Source: Gaiellaceae bacterium (lineage in GTDB: Bacteria; Actinomycetota; Thermoleophilia; Gaiellales; Gaiellaceae). Taken from it: a DNA stretch of 54,654 nucleotides. Under the pieces are notes generated by a model, which was not told the DNA's origin, made no database searches, and was given only the letters and a program-made list of their open reading frames with translations. The stretch is from the NCBI GenBank assembly GCA_035762825.1, contig DASUCI010000054.1, positions 1 through 54,654 of the forward strand, written 5' to 3'. Below are positions 1 to 8,553 of this stretch, piece by piece (the first letter of the stretch is position 1; each line of letters starts with the position of its first letter). The translations under genes were made by a program, and so were the position numbers.

Positions 1-198
1 GATCGCGCGGTTCCGGGCCGTGGTGACGAGCCAGGCGCGCGGGTTCGCGGGCGTCCCCTCCGTCGGCCATCGCGCCGCAGCGATCGCGAACGCCTCCTGT
101 GCGGCCTCCTCGGCGAGGTCGAAGTCGCCGAGGAGGCCGATCAGGCTGGCGAGGACGCGTCCCCACTCCTCGCGAAAAACCTGCTCGAGGATCGCTAT
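1..198 (-). CDS. ECF-type RNA polymerase sigma factor, N-terminal part (gene runs off the left edge)
   Basis: Minus-strand translation reads IAILEQVFREEWGRVLASLIGLLGDFDLAEEAAQEAFAIAAARWPTEGTPANPRAWLVTTARNRAI, a sigma-70 region 2 signature of the ECF sigmas usually found next to YCII genes. It is absent from the ORF track because it has no stop in the window. The start codon is unresolved (see findings). Confidence 0.7.
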   Translation of the reverse strand, partial: MAILEQVFREEWGRVLASLIGLLGDFDLAEEAAQEAFAIAAARWPTEGTPANPRAWLVTTARNRAI

Positions 199-554
199 GC
201 CTCCTTGAGCGGGCGGATCTCGATGCCACCGCCCATGCGGGCAGCGGGGATGCTGGCCGCGAGCTCGATCGCCGCGTCGAGGTTGTCGGCCTCGAAGAAC
301 AGGTAGCCGCCGAGCGCCTCCTTCACGGCGACGAACGGTCCGTCGGTGGTCAGCGTCTTGCCGTTCTCGACGCGAACCGTGGTGGCGAGCTCTGGCGGCT
401 CCATCCACTCGCCGGGAGTCACGCCGGGCGCTTCGTTGATCGCCTGGTACGCGGCGAAGACGGCGTTCTGCTCGTCCTGCGAGAGCTGTCCCCAGGCCTC
501 GGGGTCGCTCGGCGTCGGGGTGGTGCCCTGGTGGATCAGCAGCAGGTACTTCAT
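195..554 (-). CDS. YCII-related domain protein
   Basis: C-terminal 119 aa of ORF 195..977 (MKYLLLIHQG...TDGPFVAVKEALGGYLFFEADNLDAAIELA) matches the YCII/DGPF fold signature. ATG at 554..552. The upstream 141 aa of the ORF are Arg/Pro-rich shadow sequence. Confidence 0.8.
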   Translation of the reverse strand: MKYLLLIHQGTTPTPSDPEAWGQLSQDEQNAVFAAYQAINEAPGVTPGEWMEPPELATTVRVENGKTLTTDGPFVAVKEALGGYLFFEADNLDAAIELAASIPAARMGGGIEIRPLKEA

Positions 555-574
555 GTCGTCCTCCTTCTCCTCGA

Positions 575-1759
575 TTGTCGTCTCTAGACGAACGGCGAGC
601 GAGCGAGAGGACATCTCGCCCGGACGAGTACGCTCGGCTCGTGGCCGTCCACCGGCTGAGCAAGGACGAGGCTCGGCGGATCGCGATCCGTGCTCAGTTG
701 CTGGACGCGAGCCGCCCCACCGACCTCCTCGAGGTCGTGCGCCACCTGACCTTCCTCCAGCTCGACCCGACGGCGGCGATCGCGCCGAGCGCCGATCTGG
801 TCGCGTGGACGCGGATGGGCGGCGCGTATCGGCCGGAGCAGCTGACGCAGGCGCTCGAACAGGACCGAACGCTGTACGAGGTCCGCGCGTACGTCCGCCC
901 CACGGCCGACCTCGGTCTCTACCTCGAGTCCATGGCGGCCTGGCCGTACGCGAAGGACGACAAGCGGTACTCGCCACCGCCGGGACCGATCGCCCAGCGG
1001 TGGCTCGAGAAGAACGAGTCGTTCCGCCAGGACGTTCTTCGACGCCTGCGGGATGCCGGGCCGCTGATGTCGCGAGACATCCCTGACACGAGCGTCGTGC
1101 CCTGGCAGTCGACCGGCTGGACCGGGAACCGCAACGTCACGCAGATGCTCGAGTTCCTGAACTCGCGCGGCGAGGTCGCGATCGCCGGCCGCAGCGGTCG
1201 GCAGCGACTCTGGGATCTCCCCGAGCGTGTGTACCCGCGCGCGAAGGCCGTTCCGCTCGCGAAAGCGCGCCGAGCGCTCGCCGAGCGGCGGATGCGTTGG
1301 TTGGGCATCTCCCGGCCCGAGGTCATCGGCGTCAGCGGTGAGCGCTACCACGAAGTGGTGCACGGCGAGCCCGCGGAGGTGGAGGGAACCGCGGGCGAGT
1401 GGGTGGTCGACCCGGCCGCTCTCGGCCAGGACTTCGAGGGCCGCACGGCGCTCCTGTCGCCGTTCGACCGGCTGATCCACGATCGCGTTCGCGCCCAGGA
1501 GCTCTTCGGCTTCGAGTACTACCTCGAGATGTACAAGCCGGCCGCCAAGCGGCGCTGGGGGTACTTCGCGCTGCCGATCCTTCACGGCGACCGGCTCGTC
1601 GGGAAGCTCGACGCGACCGCCGACCGGAAGGCGTCGACACTCCGCGTGCACGCGATCCACGAGGACGTCCGCTTCACGCGTCCGATCACGAAGGGCGTGC
1701 GGGCCGAGATCGACGCGCTCGCCTCGTGGCTCGGCCTCGAGAACGTCGTGCTCGACTAG
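575..1759 (+). CDS. winged-helix DNA-binding protein, YcaQ/DUF1006 family (crosslink-repair glycosylase-like)
   Basis: 394-aa ORF with a YcaQ-like N-terminus (LSKDEARRIAIRAQLL) and C-terminus (YFALPILHGDRLVGKLDATADRK). The TTG at 575 lies only 20 nt from the divergent YCII start, so GTG 641 is a plausible true start. Confidence 0.7.
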   Translation: MSSLDERRASERTSRPDEYARLVAVHRLSKDEARRIAIRAQLLDASRPTDLLEVVRHLTFLQLDPTAAIAPSADLVAWTRMGGAYRPEQLTQALEQDRTLYEVRAYVRPTADLGLYLESMAAWPYAKDDKRYSPPPGPIAQRWLEKNESFRQDVLRRLRDAGPLMSRDIPDTSVVPWQSTGWTGNRNVTQMLEFLNSRGEVAIAGRSGRQRLWDLPERVYPRAKAVPLAKARRALAERRMRWLGISRPEVIGVSGERYHEVVHGEPAEVEGTAGEWVVDPAALGQDFEGRTALLSPFDRLIHDRVRAQELFGFEYYLEMYKPAAKRRWGYFALPILHGDRLVGKLDATADRKASTLRVHAIHEDVRFTRPITKGVRAEIDALASWLGLENVVLD

Positions 1760-2250
1760 CGCGGCTCGAGCAGCTTCGTGTATCGCCGGCACGGAACCGC
1801 GATCGTTCCCCCCTCGACGAACGCCTCGTAGTCGAATCCGCCCTCGTCGACCCACCCCGCGCGCTCGTAGAACGCGCGCGCCCGGGCATTGCCCGCGACC
1901 ACCGCGAGCCAGGCCTTCGGATGACCCGACCCGGCCACCTTCCTCTCGGCCTCGCGCATGAGGGCGTCGGCGACTCCCGTCCCGCGGGCTGCGGCGGCGA
2001 CGTACACCTGCTCCACCTCGTCCTCGACCACCATGACGAACCCGGTGACGGCGCCATCGACGGTCGCCACCGTCGCGTCAGGGATGCGCTCCGCCGCTCG
2101 CGTCGAGAACGACTCCTCGGTGCGGACGTCCACGAGCCCCTGCGGGACGTACCCGAGGTGGCCGTCCTGCCAGCCCTGACGCCAGATGTCGGCGATCGCC
2201 TCCGCGTCCTCGCTCCGGGCCGGCCGCAGCTCAACCCCTGGTGTCGTCAC
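1756..2250 (-). CDS. GNAT family N-acetyltransferase
   Basis: C-terminal 164 aa of ORF 1756..2523 (ELRPARSEDAEAIADIW...VAAAARGTGVADALM...ARAFYERAGW) carries the acetyl-CoA binding motif. GTG 2250..2248 overlaps the TGA of the upstream gene (GTGA). Confidence 0.75.
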   Translation of the reverse strand: MTTPGVELRPARSEDAEAIADIWRQGWQDGHLGYVPQGLVDVRTEESFSTRAAERIPDATVATVDGAVTGFVMVVEDEVEQVYVAAAARGTGVADALMREAERKVAGSGHPKAWLAVVAGNARARAFYERAGWVDEGGFDYEAFVEGGTIAVPCRRYTKLLEPR

Positions 2251-2789
2251 TGCGGCTGGTACGCGAGGTAGACGACGCCGTTCGCATATGCGTCCGATCG
2301 CGCGAGCGACAGCTTGTTCGGCGCCTTCTCGTCGAAGAGCCTCGTCCCGGAGCCGATCGTGAGCGGGTAGACGAACAGATGCAGCTCGTCCACGAGCCCG
2401 TCCGCGAGCAGCGCCCGGACGAGGGTGACGCTGCCGCTGACGTAGACCTCGCCGGCGACCTCTTCCTTCAGCTCCCGGATCCGGTCGGCGTCGTACGGCC
2501 CGACGATCTCGGAGTTCCGCCACGTTCCTTCAGTGAGCGTCCCCGACACGACGTACTTGGTCGTGTCGTTGAAGAACGGCGCGCCCGGGTCGTCGTCGAC
2601 GGTTCGCGTCGACCACGCCGGCTCGAACATCTCGTACGTCTTGCGTCCGAGCAGGATGCCCCCGGAGCGGCCCGTCACCGCGCCGATGGCCTCGCCCATC
2701 TTCGGGTCGAAGCCGTACTCGAAGGTCCACGTCGGCTCGTCGATCACGCCGTCGAGGCTCATGAACTCGTGTACGTGGATGCCACCCAT
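2247..2789 (-). CDS. dihydrofolate reductase family protein (RibD C-terminal domain type)
   Basis: 180-aa ORF (SLDGVIDEP...GRKTYEMF...YVVSGTL...LVDELHLFVYPLTIGSGTRLF) is typical of the YwjB/YyaP-like DHFR family. Confidence 0.75.
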   Translation of the reverse strand: MGGIHVHEFMSLDGVIDEPTWTFEYGFDPKMGEAIGAVTGRSGGILLGRKTYEMFEPAWSTRTVDDDPGAPFFNDTTKYVVSGTLTEGTWRNSEIVGPYDADRIRELKEEVAGEVYVSGSVTLVRALLADGLVDELHLFVYPLTIGSGTRLFDEKAPNKLSLARSDAYANGVVYLAYQPQ

Positions 2790-2881
2790 GCCTCACCTCC
2801 GTGTCGATGTCACGGGTGTAGACCCTAGAGTTGCGCGGCACTCATCGATCGCGCACGCCGCGGCGCGCGCCGAGACGCGTC

Positions 2882-4021
2882 TCAGGCCGGCTGTCGGGCT
2901 TCCCGGAGGACGATGGCTCGGACGACCTCGATGCCGGCGACGACCAGTGCGATCAGGACGAGCGCCGACAGCCAGCCCCGGGCGATGGCCGGAGCGATCA
3001 GGACGAGTACGAGCAAGGCGCCGGCCGCGATTGCATACGTCGACACTCGGTTCTCGAGGACTGGCGCTACGGCGCGGCGCATGTCCGCGGCGCGACGAGT
3101 CTCGCCGACGAACCAGACGCCGACCAGCGTGGCGACTCCGAGAACGATCCACACCCAGGCGCGGTCCGCGAGCGTCTGCGTCAGGATGTTCCACGCATCG
3201 TGGGCCGCCGGCTTGACGGCGTCGTCCTGCGCGAGCTCGTCGACGAGGTAGTTGCCGGCGAAGCGGCGTACCGCCAGCATCAGAAGCCCGACCGCGAGCA
3301 AGCCGAGCGCGATCGCGCGCAGCTCGAGCCTGCGACGACCGCGGGCGAGCCAGACGGCGAGGGCGGCGACTACGAGTGCGACGAGCCACATCCAGTCGGC
3401 CACCGTGCGCAGGAGCTTCGTGATCGTCTGCGCCGTCTCCAGCTGGCTCTCCTCGATGATCGCGATCCGTCCCGAGGACTCCGGGAGCCGCTCGGCAACT
3501 CTTCCGATCACCGCGACCTGGTCACCGATCTCGATCACGATCGGGCGCAGATCGAGGACGACGGCGCCACCCTCGGTCTGGATGAACGTCGTGTCGTCGT
3601 CCAGCAGCCGTACAAGCTGGCGCTGCGTCGCAGTCGTCGTCTCGACCCACACCGTCTGCACGCGTGGCCGCTCGAGCGCGGCGTCAGCGGCGCGATCGGC
3701 GCCCGAGCGGGCGAGACCGGCCAGTACCGGCGCCAGACCCTGCTGTGCGGGAGGCAGTCGCTCCGCGATCGCAGCCTCGACATCGACGTTCTCGAACAAC
3801 GTCTCGACCGACTTGGCAGCGACCTGGGTCCGGATCTGGTCGTTCTCGATCATGTTCCGCGAGATCGTCTCGAAGCCCTCCTCGTCGAGCGCGGTGTTCT
3901 CGACATAGAACGCGATCATTCCGACCAGCGCGAGCAGGATCGCGAGGATCGTGAGCACGCGTGCGCCGATCACGCGCATGCGTGAGGTCCTCGGCAGTTC
4001 GCTGGTCCGTGTCTCGGTCAT
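2882..4021 (-). CDS. integral membrane protein of unknown function
   Basis: 379-aa ORF with one N-terminal TM segment, a long soluble region and 4-5 C-terminal TM segments. Codon usage is coherent and no family was recognised. Confidence 0.55.
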   Translation of the reverse strand: MTETRTSELPRTSRMRVIGARVLTILAILLALVGMIAFYVENTALDEEGFETISRNMIENDQIRTQVAAKSVETLFENVDVEAAIAERLPPAQQGLAPVLAGLARSGADRAADAALERPRVQTVWVETTTATQRQLVRLLDDDTTFIQTEGGAVVLDLRPIVIEIGDQVAVIGRVAERLPESSGRIAIIEESQLETAQTITKLLRTVADWMWLVALVVAALAVWLARGRRRLELRAIALGLLAVGLLMLAVRRFAGNYLVDELAQDDAVKPAAHDAWNILTQTLADRAWVWIVLGVATLVGVWFVGETRRAADMRRAVAPVLENRVSTYAIAAGALLVLVLIAPAIARGWLSALVLIALVVAGIEVVRAIVLREARQPA

Positions 4022-4155
4022 CGGAGCGGGGGAGCTTGCCGCATCCTATGACCCGCGAAGTGTTTTCGTCGCCTGCTGGGCGTACACGCCCGACGCGGGA
4101 TCGAGATGATGCGGGGTAGACGACGAGCGTTCACCGGCGATCCGAGGAGAAGACC

Positions 4156-6168
4156 ATGACGGCGAGCGAGCAGGCGACCCGCACGTACGGCCATTCCACC
4201 GCCTGGAAGCCCGAGCGGCCGACGTGGCGTGCGTTCCCCCTGGTCGTCTCCTGGCTCGCCACGGGCATCGCGCTGATGGTCGCCTCGTGGGTGCTTCCGG
4301 GCGTCGACGTCAAGAGCTTCTGGGGTGCGCTCCTCGTCGCCGCGATCGTCGCCGCGCTGAATGCGGTCATCCCGCCGGTGCTCGCCGCCTTGCGGTTGCC
4401 GCTCACGCTCGTGCTGGGCTTCCTGCTCGTCCTGATCGCGGACGCGCTGATGCTGCAGCTCGCAGCCGCAGTGGCCGAGAGCGTGCTCACGGTCGACAAC
4501 TTCGGTTGGGCGCTCCTCGCGGCTCTCGTCGTCGCGGCCGTGAGCGTCGTGCTCGCGGTGCTGCTCGGCTCGGACGACATGGGATCGATCCGCACCGCGC
4601 ACCGGATCGCGCGCCGGCAGGGAATCATCGCCTCGACCGACGTTCCGGGAATCGTCTACCTCGAGATCGACGGCCTCGCAAAGCCCGTGCTCCAGCGCGC
4701 GATGCGAGACGGCAATGCCCCCAACATGGCGCGCTGGCTGCGCGAGACGCACTCACTCGCCGAGTGGGAGACCGATCTCTCCTCGCAGACGGGCGCCAGC
4801 CAGGCGGGCATCCTCCTGGGATCCAACGAGGACATCTCCGCGTTTCGCTGGGTGGAGAAGGAGACCGGGACGATGATGACGTGCTCCGCGCCCGCCGATT
4901 GCGCCGAGCTCGAGCGTCGGCTCGGGACGGGCATCGGTCTCCTCGTCGACGGCGGCGCGAGCCGCGGCAACCTGCTCTCCGGCGAGGCGGAGGCCGTGAT
5001 CCTCACCGTGAGCCGGATGGAGGCGGAGAAGAAGTCCAACCCCGGCTACCGGGCGTTCTTCGCGAACGGCGACAACGCGACGCGCACGCTCGTCCTGTTC
5101 GGCTGGGAGGTCATCCTCGAATGGGTCGCGGCTCTGCGCGCGATCCGCCGCGACGTGCAACCGCGCGGCCACCGCGGCGGCATCTACCCGCTGATGCGAG
5201 GCGCCCTCTGCGTCTTCGTGCGCGACCTGATCGTGTCGGGCGTGCTCACCGACATCATGCGAGGGCGCCCCGCGGTGTACGCCACGTTCTCGAGCTACGA
5301 CGAGGTGGCGCATCACTCCGGTCTCGAGCGTGCGGACACGCTCGAGGCGCTGCGCAAGCTCGACGACCACTTCGCGCACATCGAGCGTGCCTGCCGGTAT
5401 GCGCCGCGGCCGTACGAGATCGTGGTCCTCTCCGACCACGGGCAGACCCAGGGAGCCACTTTCAAGCAGCGGAACGGATACGGGCTCGACGAGCTCGTGG
5501 AGCGCTCGCTCTCGCGCGGCGACGTCACCGGGATCGAAGGCGGGGACGAGCAGCACTCCATGGTCGGGCTCGCGGTCACCGAGGCAACGGGTACGACGTC
5601 GGGAAAGAAGAAGCCCAAGAACGACGTCTCCGACCGCGACGTCGTGGTGCTCGGCTCGGGCAACCTCGGCCTCGTCTACCTCATGGAGGAGCGCCGCCGG
5701 CTCACGATGGAGGAGATCGACGAGCGCCACCCGGAGCTCCTGCCGGCTCTCCGCTCGCATCCGCACGTCGGCTGGCTGCTCGTGCGCTCCTCCGAGCACG
5801 GGGCGGTCGCGCTCGGGGCCAACGGCACGCACTACCTCAGCGAGGGTCGCGTCGACGGCGAGGATCCGCTGGCGCACTTCTCACCGCATGCGCCGCAGCA
5901 CCTGCTGCGCACCGACGGCTTCGAGCACGTCGGCGACATCATGGTCGGCAGCTTCTACGACCCGGATCTCGACGAAGGCTGTGCCTTCGAGGAGTTGATC
6001 TCCTTCCACGGCGGCATCGGCGGGCTCCAGACGAGGCCGTTCATCCTGCACCCGACGCACCTCGAGGTCCCGGCCGGGCTCATTCTGGGCGCAGCGAGCG
6101 TCCACGGGATCCTCGCGGGGTGGAGGCAGCAGCTCCACTCGACGCAGACCGCCGACGCATCGCGCTAG
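4156..6168 (+). CDS. fusion protein: 4-TM holin-family-IV-like (DUF360) membrane domain + alkaline phosphatase/nucleotide pyrophosphatase-like domain
   Basis: The N-terminus has 4 TM helices (VSWLATGIALMVASWVLPGV..., AALNAVIPPVLAALRLPL...). The C-terminal ~500 aa (YLEIDGL...SDHGQTQG...HGG) resemble type I phosphodiesterase/AlkP-superfamily proteins. Confidence 0.65.
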   Translation: MTASEQATRTYGHSTAWKPERPTWRAFPLVVSWLATGIALMVASWVLPGVDVKSFWGALLVAAIVAALNAVIPPVLAALRLPLTLVLGFLLVLIADALMLQLAAAVAESVLTVDNFGWALLAALVVAAVSVVLAVLLGSDDMGSIRTAHRIARRQGIIASTDVPGIVYLEIDGLAKPVLQRAMRDGNAPNMARWLRETHSLAEWETDLSSQTGASQAGILLGSNEDISAFRWVEKETGTMMTCSAPADCAELERRLGTGIGLLVDGGASRGNLLSGEAEAVILTVSRMEAEKKSNPGYRAFFANGDNATRTLVLFGWEVILEWVAALRAIRRDVQPRGHRGGIYPLMRGALCVFVRDLIVSGVLTDIMRGRPAVYATFSSYDEVAHHSGLERADTLEALRKLDDHFAHIERACRYAPRPYEIVVLSDHGQTQGATFKQRNGYGLDELVERSLSRGDVTGIEGGDEQHSMVGLAVTEATGTTSGKKKPKNDVSDRDVVVLGSGNLGLVYLMEERRRLTMEEIDERHPELLPALRSHPHVGWLLVRSSEHGAVALGANGTHYLSEGRVDGEDPLAHFSPHAPQHLLRTDGFEHVGDIMVGSFYDPDLDEGCAFEELISFHGGIGGLQTRPFILHPTHLEVPAGLILGAASVHGILAGWRQQLHSTQTADASR

Positions 6169-6177
6169 CCCGCGCGT

Positions 6178-6206
6178 CGGGGGAGTCGCTTTTCGCGACT
6201 CCCCCG
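6178..6206. terminator. bidirectional stem-loop between convergent genes
   Basis: Perfect 12-bp stem CGGGGGAGTCGC / GCGACTCCCCCG with loop TTTTC, between the stops at 6168 (+) and 6236 (-). There is no U-tract, as is common in high-GC actinobacteria. Confidence 0.6.
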
Positions 6207-6235
6207 TAGAGCGCTCCGAGTCCGGGCCGGCGGCG

Positions 6236-7762
6236 CTAGTTCTCCGCGTTAAGCTTGTAGACGACGAGCTGGGCCTTCTGTCCCGCTCCTTGCGGGAAGC
6301 CGGCAGCCGTCACGAGCGTGTCACCCGCGATGGCCAGCGGCGAGTTCGTGCCGGCGCCGAGGTCGCTCGTCCAGACCTCGCTTCCGTCCTCGATGGAATA
6401 CGCGCGCACCTTGCCGTCGAACGTCGTCGTGAAGACGAGGTCGTTCGATACGGTCATCGCGCCGAAGGGCATCTGGTCGAGCTCCTGCTCCCACCTGATC
6501 TCCCCGGTCCCGACATCGAGAGCGACGATCGTCCCGGTGCCCTCGGTGAAGTCGACGGGCAGCACCGGCTTGTCGAGGTCAGCCGCCGTCTTCACGTGCC
6601 CCGGCAGGTTGACCACCGCCGCGTAGACGACGCCGTCGCTCACCGCCATGTTGGTCTCGACGCCTCCGTAGGGTCCCGGGTAGACGTCGAACGGAATCTC
6701 CGGGAGGTCGAGCGCTCCCTCGAGCTGCGCCGCGCCGTCGTCGTCGTGCCCGTTGTGCGTCCCGACCGGTCTCTTCCAGACGAGCTCACCGCTGTCGCGG
6801 TCGAGCGCGTAGACGATGCCCATCTTGCCCGAGACGATCGCCAGGTTCGTCCCGTCGTGCTCGACGAGGATCGGCGAGAGGTGAAGATCCCAGTCCCAGA
6901 AGTCGTTGGTGACGGCCTGGTAGTACCAGTCCAGCTCGCCCGTCTCGGCGTTCAACTTGACCGCGCTGTCGGTGTAGAGCCGCTGGTTCTGGAACCTCTC
7001 CGGTGAGTTGTGCGAGTAGTAGCCGTTCGCGACGCCGAAGTAGACGTTGCCCTCGTCGTCGAGTGCGGGCGTGTTCCACGCACCGCCCGACGGAGTCTCG
7101 TCACCCTCGGGCTCGTCGGTGGTGTCGAACCTCCATAGCTCCGTGCCGTCGGTGGCGTCGAGCGCGAGAAGGTCGCCGCCCCCTGCCTTCGCCGCCTCCG
7201 AGAGGTAGAGGACGCCGTCGCGCACGGCGGGCTGGATCGTGAGCCCGAGGTTCTGACCTTCGGCGACCCCGAACTTGCCCGTGACGATCTGCTTCTTCCA
7301 GATCTCATCGCCCGCCTCCGCATCGAGCGCGAACGCGTCCTGGTCGGTGACGCCGTAGACGGTGCCGTCCTCGTACGCGAGGCCGTTGGGCCCGATCACC
7401 GGCTTGTCGTAGGTGACGTCCCAGAGCTTCTCTCCCGTCTCCAGGTCGTAGGCGAAGACATTGGAGCCGAGGTCCTGAACGTAGGCGACGCCGTCCTCGT
7501 CGATCAAGGGTGTCGCGGCGAAGAATCCGAATGGCCCCCGGCCGGTGAGCGGCTCGGTGCTGGCGATGCTCAGGTCGGCGACGTTGCTCGAGTCGATCTC
7601 CGAGCTCGCGACCCGCGTGTTGGCGTCGTCGGCGTTGGGCTCGAGCCAGGATGCGCTCGAGTCGCCGCCGCCACCACAGCCGGCGAGTGCGGCGAGCGCG
7701 AGCGCTGTCGCTGCGCCGGCGAGCGCGACCACCGTGCGCTTGCTTCTCGGTCTGACGTTCAT
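6236..7762 (-). CDS. lipoprotein with PQQ-like (BamB-like) beta-propeller repeats
   Basis: 508-aa ORF with a signal peptide plus lipobox (LAALAGCGGG) and repeated GxxYxxxxDGxxxAxDxxTGxxxW-type propeller blades. Confidence 0.7.
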   Translation of the reverse strand: MNVRPRSKRTVVALAGAATALALAALAGCGGGGDSSASWLEPNADDANTRVASSEIDSSNVADLSIASTEPLTGRGPFGFFAATPLIDEDGVAYVQDLGSNVFAYDLETGEKLWDVTYDKPVIGPNGLAYEDGTVYGVTDQDAFALDAEAGDEIWKKQIVTGKFGVAEGQNLGLTIQPAVRDGVLYLSEAAKAGGGDLLALDATDGTELWRFDTTDEPEGDETPSGGAWNTPALDDEGNVYFGVANGYYSHNSPERFQNQRLYTDSAVKLNAETGELDWYYQAVTNDFWDWDLHLSPILVEHDGTNLAIVSGKMGIVYALDRDSGELVWKRPVGTHNGHDDDGAAQLEGALDLPEIPFDVYPGPYGGVETNMAVSDGVVYAAVVNLPGHVKTAADLDKPVLPVDFTEGTGTIVALDVGTGEIRWEQELDQMPFGAMTVSNDLVFTTTFDGKVRAYSIEDGSEVWTSDLGAGTNSPLAIAGDTLVTAAGFPQGAGQKAQLVVYKLNAEN

Positions 7763-7853
7763 CGTGCCTCCTCGGGGTGAGTCTCGTGGCGATTAACGAG
7801 ACTGCATCGTTCCGTATTCCTGCGAACACGGCGGACCGCCGGGTCCCTACCCG

Positions 7854-8462
7854 TTAGGGCGCAATTCCAAGCCAGATCGTCTCCAGCAGCTCCTCCGCGT
7901 ACCGCTCCGTGACGGGCGGGAGGCCGAGCGGGAGCAGGCGGACGAACGGCGGGCCGCCGACGAGATCGGCGACGTGCTCGACGTCGGCGTCGCGGCGCAG
8001 CTCGCCCCGCTCGCGGGCCTCCTCCAGCAGGTCGACGAGCGCCTGGCGGCGTGGATGCACCACTCGCTCGAGATACACGCGCGCGAACTCCGGGTTTCGC
8101 TGGAGCTCGCCGAGTACGACGGGCAGAATCCGACCGAACAGCGGGTCGGAGAAGAGACGGACGAGGTCCCGGATTCGTTCGAGCAGGCGCGAGCGGAGGT
8201 CGCCCTCCCCCTGCACGACGTCGAGCTCGGATGTGAGCTCGTGCAGCGCGTCGGCGATCAGCTCCTCCTTCGAGGCCCAGCGCCGGTAGATCGTGTTCCT
8301 ACCGACCCCGGCGCGGTCGGCGATCGCGTCGATCGTCGTCGCCTGGAACCCCCGCTCCGCGAGCAGCGCGAGGGTCGCCTCGAGTATCGCTTCGCCCGCG
8401 GATGCACGTCGCGGGCGGCCGCGTCGACGCGGCCGCCGCTCCACCTCGCGGCTCTCCGGCAC
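7854..8462 (-). CDS. TetR/AcrR family transcriptional regulator
   Basis: C-terminal ~200 aa of ORF 7854..8903 contain the TetR HTH (ILEATLALLAERGFQATTIDAIADRAGVGRNTIYRRWASKEEL). The start is uncertain: GTG 8462 is chosen, TTG 8489 is the alternative. Confidence 0.75.
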   Translation of the reverse strand: MPESREVERRPRRRGRPRRASAGEAILEATLALLAERGFQATTIDAIADRAGVGRNTIYRRWASKEELIADALHELTSELDVVQGEGDLRSRLLERIRDLVRLFSDPLFGRILPVVLGELQRNPEFARVYLERVVHPRRQALVDLLEEARERGELRRDADVEHVADLVGGPPFVRLLPLGLPPVTERYAEELLETIWLGIAP

Positions 8463-8507
8463 GGGCTGCGGGATGTCCTCACCGGGCAAACCTGGAGGAT
8501 CCTCGCA

Positions 8508-8553
8508 GAAGCCCTCTGACAGACTCGAAACCGTCCACCGCGTCTTACGGTGC
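8508..8553 (-). pseudogene. degenerate 3' half of a tRNA-Thr (att-like direct repeat of the tRNA at 54545..54617)
   Basis: Plus strand 8508..8539 (GAAGCCCTCTGACAGACTCGAAACCGTCCACC) aligns with 54543..54573 (GAAGCCCTCTGACGGACTCGAACCGTCGACC). There are 29 identities, 2 substitutions and a 1-nt indel. Weaker similarity (CTTAC, GGTGC blocks) continues to 8553. Confidence 0.6.

Noticed and set aside
584-1855. 423-aa minus-strand ORF antisense to the YcaQ-like gene.
   Set aside because: The sequence is Arg/Pro/Gly/Ala-rich and low in complexity, has no recognisable motif, and fully overlaps a gene with clear family signatures. It is a typical high-GC shadow ORF.
4156-4560. The phage-holin-like domain as evidence of a prophage.
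   Set aside because: No phage structural, lysis or integrase genes are nearby. The domain is fused to an enzyme and flanked by ordinary chromosomal genes.
4224-6209. 661-aa plus-strand ORF in an alternative frame of the holin-like/AlkP gene.
   Set aside because: It shares strand and span with the motif-bearing frame. Its composition is extremely Arg/Ala/Pro-rich, which marks it as a GC artefact.
8463-8549. A Trp leader peptide, attenuator or T-box upstream of trpE.
   Set aside because: There is no short ORF with tandem Trp codons and no terminator/antiterminator pair. The only structured element is the antisense tRNA-like remnant.
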